64,000 nucleotides of DNA from Podospora anserina. Taxonomy: Eukaryota. A program made the translations under genes and the position numbers. Shown here piece by piece: positions 23,403 to 36,084 of the stretch. Numbering within the stretch: position 1 is the stretch's first letter; every line of letters begins with the position of its first letter. The notes beneath the pieces are model-generated. The model was given only the letters and a program-made list of their open reading frames with translations. It was not told the DNA's origin and made no database searches. The DNA lies in NCBI GenBank assembly GCA_017654855.1, contig CM030337.1, positions 1,798,001-1,862,000 on the forward strand, in the 5' to 3' direction.

Positions 23403-25165
23403 AGGTAAGGTCTGCATTGTTGGTGCCGGTGCTGATGGTTTTTATACCGCGATGATGCTTAAGTTCCGGGGCATTGACTTCGACGTCGTCGAAGCCAGCG
23501 ACCATGTCGGAGGGCGGTGTGCTACACACAGCTTTGTCGGAGTCGGCCCCGACTGCGCACATGATTATTATGACATGGGTGCCATGAGGATCCCCAAAAT
23601 CGGCTCGATGAAATCGACACTCAATCTAATCAAGAGCCCGTCCCTGCTCAACATTCCTGACAGTCTGGTTGAGTATGTGTACACGGTTTACACGGTGGAC
23701 TGCCAGGGTAATCCGACTTACTATGAACCATTCTGCTACTGGTACCAGAATAAGGACAGCCCCGAGTGCGTTTCTCCAAACTGGTGATAGTCCTACACAA
23801 ATGTTGGCAGCAGCTGACACTTTCATTTTGCAGTGCGTCGAAGTTCGAAAATGCTATCAAAGATGTGCTCAAGGAGTTCCAGTCCGAGGTACAAATCTAC
23901 TTCGACAAGGGATAGGACAACTACCCCACCAGGGATTTTCTCATGTTTCCGCAAGTCCTGTCATACGCCGATACTATGGCGGGCGAGCTAGCTGACAGGT
24001 GTGTCAGCACTCCATATATGGCGTTTCATATAACTCACAGTGTTTCTTAGTTCCACCGGCCTCTTTTAACCGGGCACTCACCGAGACTTTGTCGGACTAT
24101 GCAGACTTCGTCCAAACTGACCAGAAAGGCTGGTTTCGCGTCGAGGGCGGCATGTCGTTCGTCACTGATACCATGGCAGCTCGTCTGAAGAGCACCATCT
24201 GGCCCCAAGCCGGCGCCACATCCATTGATGTGTCGCTCTCCACACCCGCTGTAGCTATGTCTTTGGCTTCTGATGGAAGGACTATTCAAGTCACTACAGG
24301 CGGTGAGAAGTCCTCAACAAATTCCTACGACATGGTCTTCAACACCACAGCTCTAGGGCCTCTCCAGCAGATGGATCTCTCAGGTCTCAATCTCGACCGT
24401 GACATTCTCGACGGCATTCGTGCCCTCAGCTACGACCGGGCTACCAAAGTGGCCATCAACTTCAACAAGCGCTGGTGGACGGGTTTCTACCCCAATGCCG
24501 ACGCCATGCACCGCGGTGGCGGTGTATCTAGCAGCGACTTTCCCCTCGGCTTCACTGTCTATCCCTCGTGGGACAACGGCGACGGCACCAACGTTCTCAT
24601 CGCCTCATGCGCCTGGGCCCAAGATGCGTCCCGCATGGCAGCCCTTGTCCCGGACTACACTGATCCCTCAACACCAACACCAAGCTACGCCGGCCCCATC
24701 GCCGCAGTCTGCCTCGAGGGCCTGGTCAAACTCTGGGCAGGCCGACAGGAGGCTCCGACTTTGAAAGATCTCCACGATTACTACATCACCCATTACGCCT
24801 GGGCCTGGTCCCATGACCTGTGCACCTGTGGTACCTTTGCTCTCTTTGGACCGGGACGGTTCCAAAACATATACCCAAAGTTCCAAGAACTTCTCGCCAA
24901 TTCGCAGCTTGCCATCTGAGGCTAGGCTATCAGCGCGCACTACGCGTGGATCTCCGGTGCGTTGGACAGTGTTCTCTTCTCTGTGATCAAGTTTCTTGCG
25001 GCAAGGTCGACAGAATCGCCGGATGTGGCAACCAAGGCGCTCAAGTTGCTTGCTTCGGACTCTAACCCAGATAAAAAGCATTTTGAGAAGAACGAACGTG
25101 GTGAGCACCCGGAGGGAGATGAGAGGTTGGCGTACTGGTGTGCCGAGGCTAGCGCGATGAAATGA
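23403..25165 (+). pseudogene. flavin amine oxidase / L-amino-acid oxidase pseudogene
   Basis: KVCIVGAGADG, VGGRC, DYYDMGAMRIP, WFRVEGGMS, FNTTALG, FALFGPG. In-frame TGA 24917 and TAG 24923 fall in the GEA-x-S-A-H-x-A-W motif; the 5' end is missing next to an AT-rich patch. Confidence 0.85.
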
Positions 25166-25475
25166 GCAGATTCTTTGGGACATCACAGTTGAAGTAACGT
25201 AAAAAGGTGCTTGGAAGGTGGAGGAGAAAATGACATCGGTTCGATTTTGATGGAAAGTGCAAATCACACACCTACCTACCTAGTAACACGAGACATACAT
25301 CCAACAAACTCCTATATATGTTCAATCTTGCTACCCTACTATTTAATAAACGTGGAAGGAAAAGGCAGTGTGGCTGCAAGAAGAACAGGATATCCTTCCC
25401 CCTGCAGGTTGGCTCACACGCCGGTAAAAACCTTCCTAAAAGGAAAACCACACTGGAGGACGACAAGTGAGTGCT

Positions 25476-26103
25476 TTAGGTAAGGTTGTCGCAGAAGTTG
25501 GTGCCACTGAGATCGCGCCAGAAGGTGAAGTCGATGGTCGGGAACAGGGTGCCGGAATGATAAAAGAAATGCACCCAGCCCGTCCTCCACCATCCGGCGT
25601 TGTCGTCCATGAACCCGTTGAAGGAGTCGACAAGGGATGCACCGTGATTGACCTCAGCATCTGCAAGCGAGGTCAGTTAGCTTTGGGCATTGCAGTATGA
25701 TATAGTATGTGATCTTACACTTGTAGTTGCAGCCCGCAAGTACCGCCTGGCCCGACACGGCGAAGTACTGTGTTGTGGACGGAACATGACTTCCAGCGTT
25801 GAAGAAGTTCTTCCATCCTTGGGTGCATGCATTGTAGTCGGCTTGGTTTGGGAAAGTTCTCCCCGTTGCACCCCACGAGTTCACCTGTCTTCTGAGCTTC
25901 GCGCTGCGGCGAGGCAGGCTACGGTTCTCAAGGGGCTCTCCAATGACTGCGTGGGTCGAGGGATCAATCTCGACCGTGGTTGTGTTGCCGTCATCCCCAA
26001 CGGTGACTTCGTAAAAGCCATTTGGGGTGCCCTCAGGGACAACGAAACCGAGAGCGGTGGTCGCAACCAGGGGGAGAAGGGCGAGGAGGGCTTTGAACTG
26101 CAT
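25476..26103 (-). CDS. small secreted prepro-protein (one intron)
   Basis: MQFKALLALLPLVATTALG signal, KLRR processing site, mature QVNSWG...DYNAC...LAGCNYK|YAEVNHG...GWVHFF...TFWRDLSGTNFCDNLT*. Confidence 0.8.
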
Positions 26104-27005
26104 TTTGGCAGTCAATGAGAAGTGCGAGCCGGAAAGTCAGGTGAGAAAGTGATGCTGATCCGATGATGAGTAGTGATGAGGATGACAGACCTCATGGAAG
26201 TAGGAGAGGGGGACCCTTATATAATTTTTCGCAGCGAGTAAACATCTCTTTGTGTCTGTCACTACATATCCACATCGAACACTTGGCGGAAAGGCATAAA
26301 CCTGCTTCTGTGCTATTGGAAAAGCCTCAGATGCCGCTGTCAACCATCAGCTTGGCAAAATCAGGTACCTTACAAAGTTCCAGGTTGTCATACCAAAGCT
26401 AACAGTGGTCTATAGTCGCATTTGTGAAACCTACTTGCCTATTGAGAGACAATATAGACAGCTTCATTCCTGGTGGTTCTATCACCTGCTCGTAGTCTTA
26501 CGCCGAGAAGTCGCACGAACCTTGGAAGGCTTCGTCTACTGCATATAACATCGTCGTACCAAATCCTACATCGCGTCAGCCTCGAATAGAACACCGTCAA
26601 GCTGGCAGGTGGATACTCTGTGATACCTTGGAGAATAACCAACATGTACGTCCCAAGCCGCGATGGATATTCATGGATTTCAATAGTTCAATTGTCTCAT
26701 GTCTTTGACAGACCAGTGGTAAGTGCCTGTATCTCTAAGTGTTGGAACAACCAACATGCCGGACCGGAATTACTGAAAAATTCTTCAAGGTCATAAATCC
26801 GAGCCCACAATTCGGCCAAACACAGTTAGCCAGGGTAAGGAGAGCGGCGTTTGACCTTATCGCCTGCCATGGGAATTAGTGATGAAGAAGTTCGGTGTCC
26901 ATATTTGGAACTACCGGTTAGAACTGGTTGCACCGAACTCAATAGTTCAGCTGTGGACATGACGAGCAATCCTTCTGCGACATCTTCAACTCTTCAATGC
27001 CAAGA

Positions 27006-29225
27006 TCAGATGACAACAACCTCTTGCCTCATACCGTGACCCTCATCAAACCAATAAGGCTTCTTCTCAAAGCCCACATCGCCCTCAAGATAGCCCTTGC
27101 ATCCCATCGTCCCCACCCGCCGGTATGTGTCCGGCTGACCTTCAACAGGAACCAACAAAATCCCTCGTCCCTGTGTCATATTCGGCGACCCCCCTCTCTC
27201 GTCATACAGCTGCACCATAGCAAACTGCATCAGGTTCTCCGGCGCCTCATACGTGCAAACCTCAATGCAAGACATCACAATGTCTCTCTTCACCGGCCAC
27301 TCATCCGGCACATCAACATACCAAGAGAGCCTATCATCCCCCGGCACCTCACCAGACTTCACCCAATCGCTCTCCGAATCCCCAAGCGCCCACCCATAAC
27401 CGTGATCATGTTTACCGGTCCCATTCCGTTTCCAAACAACCTTCTTCACTCGTCCCCTCAGCCGAATGAAACCTCCCTTGACCTGCCCCAACGGATTACC
27501 CCCCACAAGCGTTGTCTCCGCATGAAGCAACTCACAAGCGTATTTATACCCAATACTCCCATCCAACACCCCCTGATGCAAAAAAATCCTAAAATGCCCA
27601 TCCAAACTCGCCCAACTCCAACTCGGCGCCCTGTACCTCTCCGGCCTCTTAAATTTGGTCTTCACATCACTAACCCTATGCGCCGCCCACAACAGCTGAA
27701 AAAGCATATCCCCCCTCCACAACCCAGCCAAATACTCCCCCACCCCTTCCTTCGTCCTCTTGTACTCCTCCGCAATAGCCATAACAGCCAACAACTTATC
27801 ATCCCCCACCGTCAACTCCCTCGACGTATAAGCCTCCACAATCACCCCCCAAGCCAACGGATGCCCCACCCCGCCCAAACTCTGATTTCCCGGGTCCAAG
27901 TTCTTGAAACTTGCGCCTATGGAATCATCAATCGATCTCAAAGTCGTAATTGGCTCCTCTAGCCCCCCATCTGTATGCCTCGACTCCAAACAACAAAACA
28001 CCATCCCCCTGTTTCCGTAAGCAAGCACCCGGGTGGATAACTGTCCCTCCTGGAAGGTCCAAGCCCTGGTGTAAAGAGGTAACATCTCCTGATCCCGCCT
28101 CAAGCGCACTGGCATGGCGATAGCTTGTCGTATCTCCCCTTCCTGCTTTCCAACTGGTGAATCAACCCTTACATTAAAGACATACCCCCTGTCGTGAACC
28201 CTCGGACGTAGGAACCCGTCAAGGCTGGTAGAAGCTACACCAGCAGCAATGGTGAGGAATGCTCCGCGGTAGATGAGGTGCATGTTGGAGATTTCATTCA
28301 TTTTGTCTTGGTCCGAGTCTTGAACAATGCACAGTGCATCCACCCAGAGGTATTTCATTCCTACGCCGTGGGTTACGGTTAAAGCGTCGATGATGGTCAA
28401 CGGGAGAACATCAAGAGGGATGTTGCGGGAGTAGGTTCCAACGTTCCTTTTGGTGGTCTTGCCGGGTTGGTCGCCGCCCCAGCAGTAGCTTAGGGTTGCG
28501 TAGGGGGCTGGGGGTGGGTTGCTGACAAGACGAACGATGAGGTGTGGTTCATCTGGGTTTGGAGAATTGGGGCGAGTAACGACTTCCAAGAGGCGGGTGG
28601 GCATGTGGCTAAGGTTGAACTCGCGGCATTTGGTGTGGTTGGCGGAGCAATCTCGGAGATATTTCCTGGCTCGGGAGTAGCTGAGCTCAGAGTTGGGGAG
28701 GAGGTTGGGTGGCGGTTGGGGTCCGAACAGCTCGTGGGGCTTTTGACCTGGAACATTGTAGAGCACCAATTCCCCCAACCTATTGTTCATTTTGTAGCCC
28801 AGCTTGAGTCGTTCCCAATCGACCTCGAAGAAGTTGACAATGGCTGGCTGCTTCAAAGTCCGCTCGACCCAGATCGGGTTGTCTGGACCTGAGGTCATGC
28901 TGACAAGGTAGGCCCCTTGACGAAAGGCAGAGAATAAAGCGCAGTTGTCTTTCAGAGCAGAGATGACATCAGCCTCAGTGAAGCCAATTTGACCGTCATC
29001 TTTGCCGTCTTTTGAGTTTTGTCTCATATCGATCGTGATTCTTGAACAGTGGCGACATGTGTGAGGGGAAACATCTTTCTGGTCCTGGTCTTCCTGGTCA
29101 TCGGTCATCGGTGGAAGGGCATCGTTGACCACGTGGATAAGTGGCCTTGCTTGGCTCTGAGAACTACCAGCTGCTTGATTCAATCCTGGACTTGTCGGCA
29201 GATTGTTGACTGGAACTAAGACCAT
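27006..29225 (-). CDS. HET-domain (heterokaryon incompatibility, TIR-related) protein
   Basis: PTRLL, YATLSYCWGG, YLWVDALCIVQD, EISNMHLIYRGA, PLYTRAWTFQE, YLAGLW, RAPSWSWAS; single exon of about 739 aa from ATG 29225. Confidence 0.93.
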   Translation of the reverse strand: MVLVPVNNLPTSPGLNQAAGSSQSQARPLIHVVNDALPPMTDDQEDQDQKDVSPHTCRHCSRITIDMRQNSKDGKDDGQIGFTEADVISALKDNCALFSAFRQGAYLVSMTSGPDNPIWVERTLKQPAIVNFFEVDWERLKLGYKMNNRLGELVLYNVPGQKPHELFGPQPPPNLLPNSELSYSRARKYLRDCSANHTKCREFNLSHMPTRLLEVVTRPNSPNPDEPHLIVRLVSNPPPAPYATLSYCWGGDQPGKTTKRNVGTYSRNIPLDVLPLTIIDALTVTHGVGMKYLWVDALCIVQDSDQDKMNEISNMHLIYRGAFLTIAAGVASTSLDGFLRPRVHDRGYVFNVRVDSPVGKQEGEIRQAIAMPVRLRRDQEMLPLYTRAWTFQEGQLSTRVLAYGNRGMVFCCLESRHTDGGLEEPITTLRSIDDSIGASFKNLDPGNQSLGGVGHPLAWGVIVEAYTSRELTVGDDKLLAVMAIAEEYKRTKEGVGEYLAGLWRGDMLFQLLWAAHRVSDVKTKFKRPERYRAPSWSWASLDGHFRIFLHQGVLDGSIGYKYACELLHAETTLVGGNPLGQVKGGFIRLRGRVKKVVWKRNGTGKHDHGYGWALGDSESDWVKSGEVPGDDRLSWYVDVPDEWPVKRDIVMSCIEVCTYEAPENLMQFAMVQLYDERGGSPNMTQGRGILLVPVEGQPDTYRRVGTMGCKGYLEGDVGFEKKPYWFDEGHGMRQEVVVI

Positions 29226-29719
29226 CTCGATGTAGGTGATCGTGTGGAGCTTGAGGATATCAGGAGTTGATGTTACTCTCCGAGGGAAAGAGCAACATTC
29301 GAGCGAGGCCTTATTGCCAAGAGCAAGATTCGGGTCCCAACCATGTGGAGCGGGTTGTTGGTGAGTTGACCTCCAACCAACCAATAGCAGTGCAACAAAT
29401 GCGTGAAGGATCGATCCTCTGCATGTTCCAAACAGGTAATAAAATTCCTAACTCCCTTTTGGTTAACATTGCACATTGCAATAAATTTGCCAATCAAAAA
29501 TATCACGAACAATAGACAGAGTTCTCCGTTACTAGAAACCCCGACTGTGATTGAGGTGGCCAGCTCGAGCTGAGGCTCTGCGCCCAACTCTGACCACTAG
29601 GTAGGAATGAAATCATGCTAGTGAAATATCTCGTGTCTGAGATGATGAAATTAATTCGAGAAGAAAAAAAGAAAACACAATTAACCACCATACCTCTGAG
29701 ACACAGCCTTCATTGCACA

Positions 29720-32700
29720 TCACCATGTTTCATCATCATCATCATCATCATCATCCTCCTCGTCGTCTGCAATCGGTCCCGCTGCTTCCGCCTTTCCCGA
29801 ACCCTCTTTTTTCTTCAGTTCAGCCAGCCTCAACTCTAGCTTCAGCCGCTTGACATTATCATCATCCTCGTCATCAGTGAACATTTCCTCCCGATTACGC
29901 CGTCGATTGTGTCTCCTGCCAAGATCTTCCATATTCGATACCGGATATACCGGAGGGTTTCTCCCTCTTCGACGACTTCCCCATGGCGCGGACGAATCGG
30001 GGGGAAGTGTCCCTGGGTTTTTGTCTTGCCGCAGCAGGTCACGTCCGGCGATGACGCTGTACGGGTCGTCTTCTTCTTGGAAGCCATGAATGTCGCGAAT
30101 GTAGTCATCGAAGTGGGCAGATGTTTGCGCGACGCGTTTGAAATGCCCAACTTTGAGGAGCGGTCCTTTTAGCTCAGTGTTTTCTCCGCCTTCATAGAAG
30201 TCCCAGTTTGCCAGTGCTGTGGCTGTCTGGAAAGCGTTTTTCATCTGCCTGCCATTCCATCTCCGGGATGGCTTGTGTTTGTTACGCTCCCAGTGCTGGT
30301 CAATAAAGCGTTCAATCTTCTCTTCTTCTATGTCCATGTCTATTCCGCTCGCTTTGAGACGGGACATGTTCCTCTGCCAAATGTCCTTGGCAGACTTCTG
30401 GCTGAGTTTTGGGTAGTAGAGACTAATGTGTATGCGTGATCGAAATGCTTCATCGAATTCTCCGACCCTGTTGGTGGTTAGGATGATGACGCCTGCGTAA
30501 TATTCTAGAACGCGCAGAAAAACTGTGAAACTAATCAACAAGCTGCTCTTGGTCCGATCTATACTTGCAAAACAGCATACCTGAAACTAGACTATTCCTC
30601 TCAATGTCTCCCTTTTCTCGCTTCGCCAAGAAGACATCGGCCTCATCCAGAAGCAACACACATCTCCACTTCTGCGCCAACCCACAGAAGGACTCCAATG
30701 TCCTCTCAGCTTCTTTTGCTGTGGTGCCGATATCACCGCATGTGATAGGTAAAAGTGGTCTGCCCAACTCAGCGGCGACACACTCAGCTGTGGAAGTCTT
30801 GCCCACACCAGGCACCCCGTGCAAAAGAATAATCAACCCTTTGCCTTTGCCAGCGACGAGATCCATAGAGAATGTCTCATGCGCAATACCGCTCTGCTTG
30901 GGTACCCGAACATGATTCTTCACGAGGGCCTGAAGGAGTGTTTTGTGGCCGTCAGGCAGCACCAGGTCCTCAAAGTGCGATGTGAGCGACCGGGGGGGGA
31001 TTTCGCTCACATTGTTGATGTCGAGGGCAAACCACCTGTGGTCGAGCAAGGAGTAGCCATACACGCGGGTCGGAAGCAACAGAGCCCATTCGTCAGTGCA
31101 GCCGGCTCTTCGGAACTCTTGAATACTCCGCAGTTCTGCTAACTGCAGAAAGTCGGCGTGTCGGTCAGCCTCGAACTTGGAGTCATCAAAGACGTCGGTG
31201 ACCCAGCTGTTGTCCTGCTTTTCGGGTAACGGATCGAATGTTTCTCGCTTGTCGGCCTTGGTCGGGCTGTAGATGATACTTCCGCCCAACTTTACGGAAA
31301 ATCTGTGGTACAGGTTCATGTCCTCTCTAAAGAATTCGATACCTGCCGCTTGATCCACCATGACCTCGCAGTGGAGCTTGCTTATATGTTAGGTACGTGT
31401 CTATATATGGTATGAAACTCAATGGACTAGGGAGATAGGAACCAGCCGAAAGCTTCATACCTCGGTGTCAGCTATCACATAGTTGTAAAAACCGCGTGTT
31501 GTCTGATTAGACTCTCGAATGGTAAACCCGTCATATTTCCTGTGTGTTCCGGTCGCCAGTTCTGTGAACTTCTTTCCCCGATGAAGGAGTATCTCCTGAA
31601 TTTGTGAATCATTAGGGTGGAGAAAAGATGGATACAGCGGCAATATTTTGACGGGGCGTGCCCCAACGTAGCGCGAAATGACGAAACGTTTTGGTCTTGG
31701 ACCCATCCGGAAACCGTCGAAGTCGATGTGGAAGGAGTCGATGATGAAACTGGTGCTTTCGTGGTCCGAGGCTTTGACAATATCGCGGCATCTTTCCTCT
31801 GACTCAGTCTCCGAATCCCATTCTCTATCGCGCACTGGGTCGAAAGAGCACTTCTTGCCAGAGTCAAACACTTCACGGCCACCGGTGACGTGAAGGATCT
31901 GCAACGCCTGGCATCGACGGTGATCATCCCGATTTTGGAAGAGGTACGATGTCTGCCCCGGTCGAAAGAGCTGCCACAGGTTCTCAAAAGCGATTTCTTT
32001 TATGGTCTTGTTGGAGATCTGGCGCTTGACGTCAAATATATCTGCCATGTCGTGATCCATGAACTCTATAAGACACCGAAACTCGTCCCTCTGTCGTTTA
32101 GCGCGATCCGCTATCTCCCTCAGTGTCTCATGCTCCGTCTCAGCCGAGATTTCATCTTCTGACGTCTCTTTTTCTTGAACGACTTCAGCCTGGGCATCAG
32201 CTTCGGCTTGGTCGTAGGCTGACTCAAGATCGGCGTAGAACTGTCGTATCTCCGCTTCATGCCCTACAAGATACTTGAACGGACGTACAAAAACGTTTTG
32301 AGTCTCGGTAAGCTCCTCCCCGATACACTCCCCTAGGGCGTGCAAAAGGTACTGGGAATTGATGGCGAGCCGATAAGGCACGTCTAGCTGCTGAGACACC
32401 TCTGCATTTTGAGATGATTCACCTTTTTTCTTTCTTATCGCACTTTCCCGTCGCAGCTTCCGTAGGTTGGCCTTGACATTCACCTTGGATGAGGTAATGA
32501 GAACGCTTTGGTCCAGGTCGAGTTTGCGCCCCTTTTTGACTCGTCGCCATTCTTCGGGAGGGACTCGTGTTATTTTAGCTTCTTGGGTCTTTGCTGGATC
32601 GGTATTCTTTGTTTCATTCACTGAAGTTGTGCCTTCTTGGGTACCGCTGGTCTCGGGTTCTTTTTTGCTTCTGCGCTGTCAGCAACATGGCACCAAGGCA

Positions 32701-32840
32701 CCTAAGCTGGACTGGAATGGAGAGATAACACACCCTGGCTGAGATGATGGGGGCGAAGACTCATCGACGACGTCCTCAACATCGCTTTTATTGAGGACAT
32801 CGGTGGAAGTGGAAGGAGGGTGATTTTCCACAAGAGACAT
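29720..32840 (-). CDS. fungal AAA+ ATPase with long N-terminal (DUF7025-like) region and lid; about 3 introns
   Basis: Walker A GVPGVGKT, Walker B LLLDEAD, LEYYAGVIILTTNR, DEAFRSRI, WNGRQMKNAFQTA; N-half FENLWQLFRPG, IDFDG; acidic C-tail encoded by a (GAT)n run. Confidence 0.9.
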
Positions 32841-33428
32841 CTTGATGAAAGTCAGGAATCATTCGTTGCTGCTGTATGCGTTGAGCTCAGGCAACAGTCA
32901 TAGTGCGGGGTCAAGGGTACCTAGGGTATTTAACACTGAGGTGGATAAGGTTTTGCTTTCGCTCGTATCGTTAACAGCGTGACGGGAGTGCCACCGGACA
33001 GGAACGGGGCCACTCGCCGTGTCGCCGCCTACGCGCTACTTCTTCAAGAGCCGAATGGCAAAAATGTACTGTTCTCGACCGTGTCCCCGCTTCTACAGCA
33101 AGGCTCTGAACTCACCGAACACAATCTGGGCACGCTACCTACACAAACTTGAGTGTCATCGAACGATCTGTAGAGGCGCAAAAGTCCTCAGCCAATGGAA
33201 AAGAGGTCATCCTGCAGGTCCTGCATTCGTATCTGTTTCATGTTTGTGTGCCGCACCGTGGCGGGCATGGTGATACCACACTCACACACTGATAGATTCG
33301 TTACTATTCTCCCCACCTACCTATCAATCACACAGCAATTGCAAAAAGAAAACCCCTATTTTCCTTGGTCATCTTGGTTGCCTTGCGACTCAGTCATTAC
33401 AAGCTTCTCCCTTGAAGTTGCAGGTATC

Positions 33429-35717
33429 ATGTCGACAAAAGCGCCGAACACTAATCGAGGTCTAGGAACTCTAGTGGACAGCTATGTTCGCAAAAGACTC
33501 CGTCGTGACATTCACCCTGCGCTTGCCAAGGTGCGGGACAAATCTGAGGCAGAATCAACATTCCTGAAAGCCACAGGCGCCGAACTCCGAGTATCGTGCC
33601 ATACAGCTGTGGGTGCGAGCGAAGATGGAAACCAGAACCCAACGTCCGTTGCCATGGTGGCAGGCGAAAATGACTGCGGCATCTCTCTGTAGGTCCATGA
33701 CCCAATCTTAAGACTCACCCAATGGTGTTATTGACATGGAAGTAGTGAAGAGATATACCGAGATGCCACACAAGAAAAGCTGCGGTTTCAATTAGCAATC
33801 GCTGATTATGAGAAGCTAACATCAGGACCAAAATTCGGTTCAGGAATCACCACCAAGCCTTCGTTTACTTGGGAGGATGTCTTGGAAGAGGCCCAGCGGG
33901 CTGCAGACACGTATTCGGAGGCTTCTGGAATGTGGAACAAGATTCGAAAGGGTCTTTGCAGCTTCGGGCGAAATGCAAAGGCCTTCGATGCCTGGGCCAG
34001 CTTGCTACCGTCTCAGTCCGAATACCTATCTGTTCTGTGCGGAGGATTGAAGTTTATCTTTGGGGTTTGTATTTCCTGGTGATCTGATTAGGTAGCCTTA
34101 ATCTTCCGCGACGTACTGATGTCTTTCATTCGCAGGCTGCTGCACGCTTGCACGACCTCAATTCGGATGTTTGTGATGCTCTGGCGGAAATTCCGATTCT
34201 ACTAAAAAGCACACATCTGGTGTTGGGGATCTTCAAACGCTCCAAGGACCTCCATCAAGCAAGTGCGGACCTTTATTCTGTGATAATAGCAGCACTGCAT
34301 CACATTGTTTTGTGGTATAGAGAGAAAGCCATCAGTGAGTACACGTTTCCTCTCTCCATTCTCTTCCGCATTGCTGAAACTAAATGGTATCCAGAAACGC
34401 TTTTCAAGAGTATCCTAAAGCAGGACGTATATGCTATACAACTTACAGAGCTCCTCAGCAACGTTCGCCAACAAGCTGACCGCTTCGAACATGTTGTTCG
34501 TCTCAACTCTTACGAGCGAATTGTGACTACGTCCGAGATGGTACGAACCCAAGGGGTCCGGCAGGATGAAAACCACAGCATACTTGTCCGCTATCTCGAT
34601 GATGCAAACAATGAGTTACACAATTTTCGGGAGGAATTCAGTTCCAAGGCGGTGGACTTGCAGTCGCAGGTCAGTGAATTGACCAATGTGTTGGCAGCGT
34701 TCTTAGGCAGTGGTGCCTGGATGAATGCGAGGACGCATGATGGTGAGCTACCTCTTAACAGATGTCAACTGGTCAAGTAGCTTATATGCCCGGTTCTTTT
34801 GCTGATATCCCCACCCACCTACTCTCACAGTGAGAGGTCCCTCTCTTCCGATTCGCAAGGCAAAATCCGAGTCAAGGCTCACACGAGATTCTTCGCCCGA
34901 GTCACTACCTCATGGCTCTAAAACCAGCCACAGGCTCGAGGAGACCATATCCACACTAGACTATGACAGCTCAGTGATTGAGAGGGACATAGTCACCAGT
35001 TTGCGCAGCGTATGGCAGGTCCCCATTTCAGATCAAGACCGCCTTGTCGCGGCCATACAATCACCAAAGCTCCAGAGCTGGATAACGGAAACAACATCCT
35101 CTGCCCTGTTCCTCAACTTCAACGCCACTCGCAACCACCACACGACATCGTTCGTCGCCGCAAAGTTGGCCAATTCAATCCAGTCATCTTCCGTCTTGGT
35201 GGTCACCTTCTTTTGCGGTCCACACACGGATCGACGCAGCGAAGATCCAGACTTTGGCGTCACGGGCATGATGCGCAGTTTAATCAGTCAGCTTCTCTTG
35301 ACATATCCAAATTTTGGTCTACATACCCTCCGTCAGATCCAGGAAAAAGACATGGATGACGTTGAGGACCTCTGCGAAATATTCTACCTCCTCGTTGCCC
35401 AGCTCCCACGTCACAAGGCACTTTTCTGCATTTTGGATAGTGTGACCAATTTCGAGGACAACAACATTTTGCGAATGGAGAGCGAGATGGTCATGTGGCA
35501 ATTGATGGAGATAATTACCTGGACGGCCGAGTACGGGTGTTGCTTCAAACTGTTGTTGACGAGTCCTCGAAACAGCCGGGTGCTCTACAAGCATCTGTCG
35601 AACCCCGAGCAAGACTCGATTTGGCTACCCGCGAAGGTTCCCTCGCAGGGGGGTTTCACGAAGGGGAAGTGGGACGGGAGTATTGGTGGGGAGGTTGATA
35701 AGCTGACGATTTTTTAA
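33429..35717 (+). CDS. truncated NACHT-like (STAND) protein: helical N-terminal domain plus NTPase domain lacking Walker A, no sensor repeats
   Basis: N-term FTWEDVL...LLPSQSEYLSVLCGGLKFIF..AARL; NACHT-like elements LQSWI, VTFFC, GMMRSLISQLL, FCILDSV, FKLLLTSP. The P-loop position reads FLNFNATRNHHTTSF with no GxxGxGKS/T. Confidence 0.75.
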
Positions 35718-36084
35718 GAGGGCTATGGGGAGACTTATTCAAGAAGGATGTTTGTTGACTTTGCTGGTATCTCATTGGAGAGATGCTACACTTAACTAGC
35801 TTACCTACTGCGTATACAGCTTGAAATATACTTGGGCAACCCACCACAAACAGAAACATGGACATGTGATCAAATATCAGTGGTGAAGTTGGCAATTATA
35901 TATACTCCTGCCACCTCCACGCCTAGACCCTGCTCGGCTCAACAACTGACTTCTAGCTATAGTGAAAGAAAACAAAGATGCAGAAGATAGCCTCTGAGAC
36001 GCAAAACAAGCTTCCTGTAAATCAGCACTCTCGTGATCGCTCTCGGCTTATACCACCTCTTCACACCCATTATCTCGAATTCAT

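Noticed and set aside
26997-27962. 321-aa plus-strand ORF
   Set aside because: Antisense shadow of the HET gene; P/H/L-rich with no motifs.
29729-29757. (TCA)n microsatellite
   Set aside because: It simply encodes the poly-Asp tail of the AAA ATPase.
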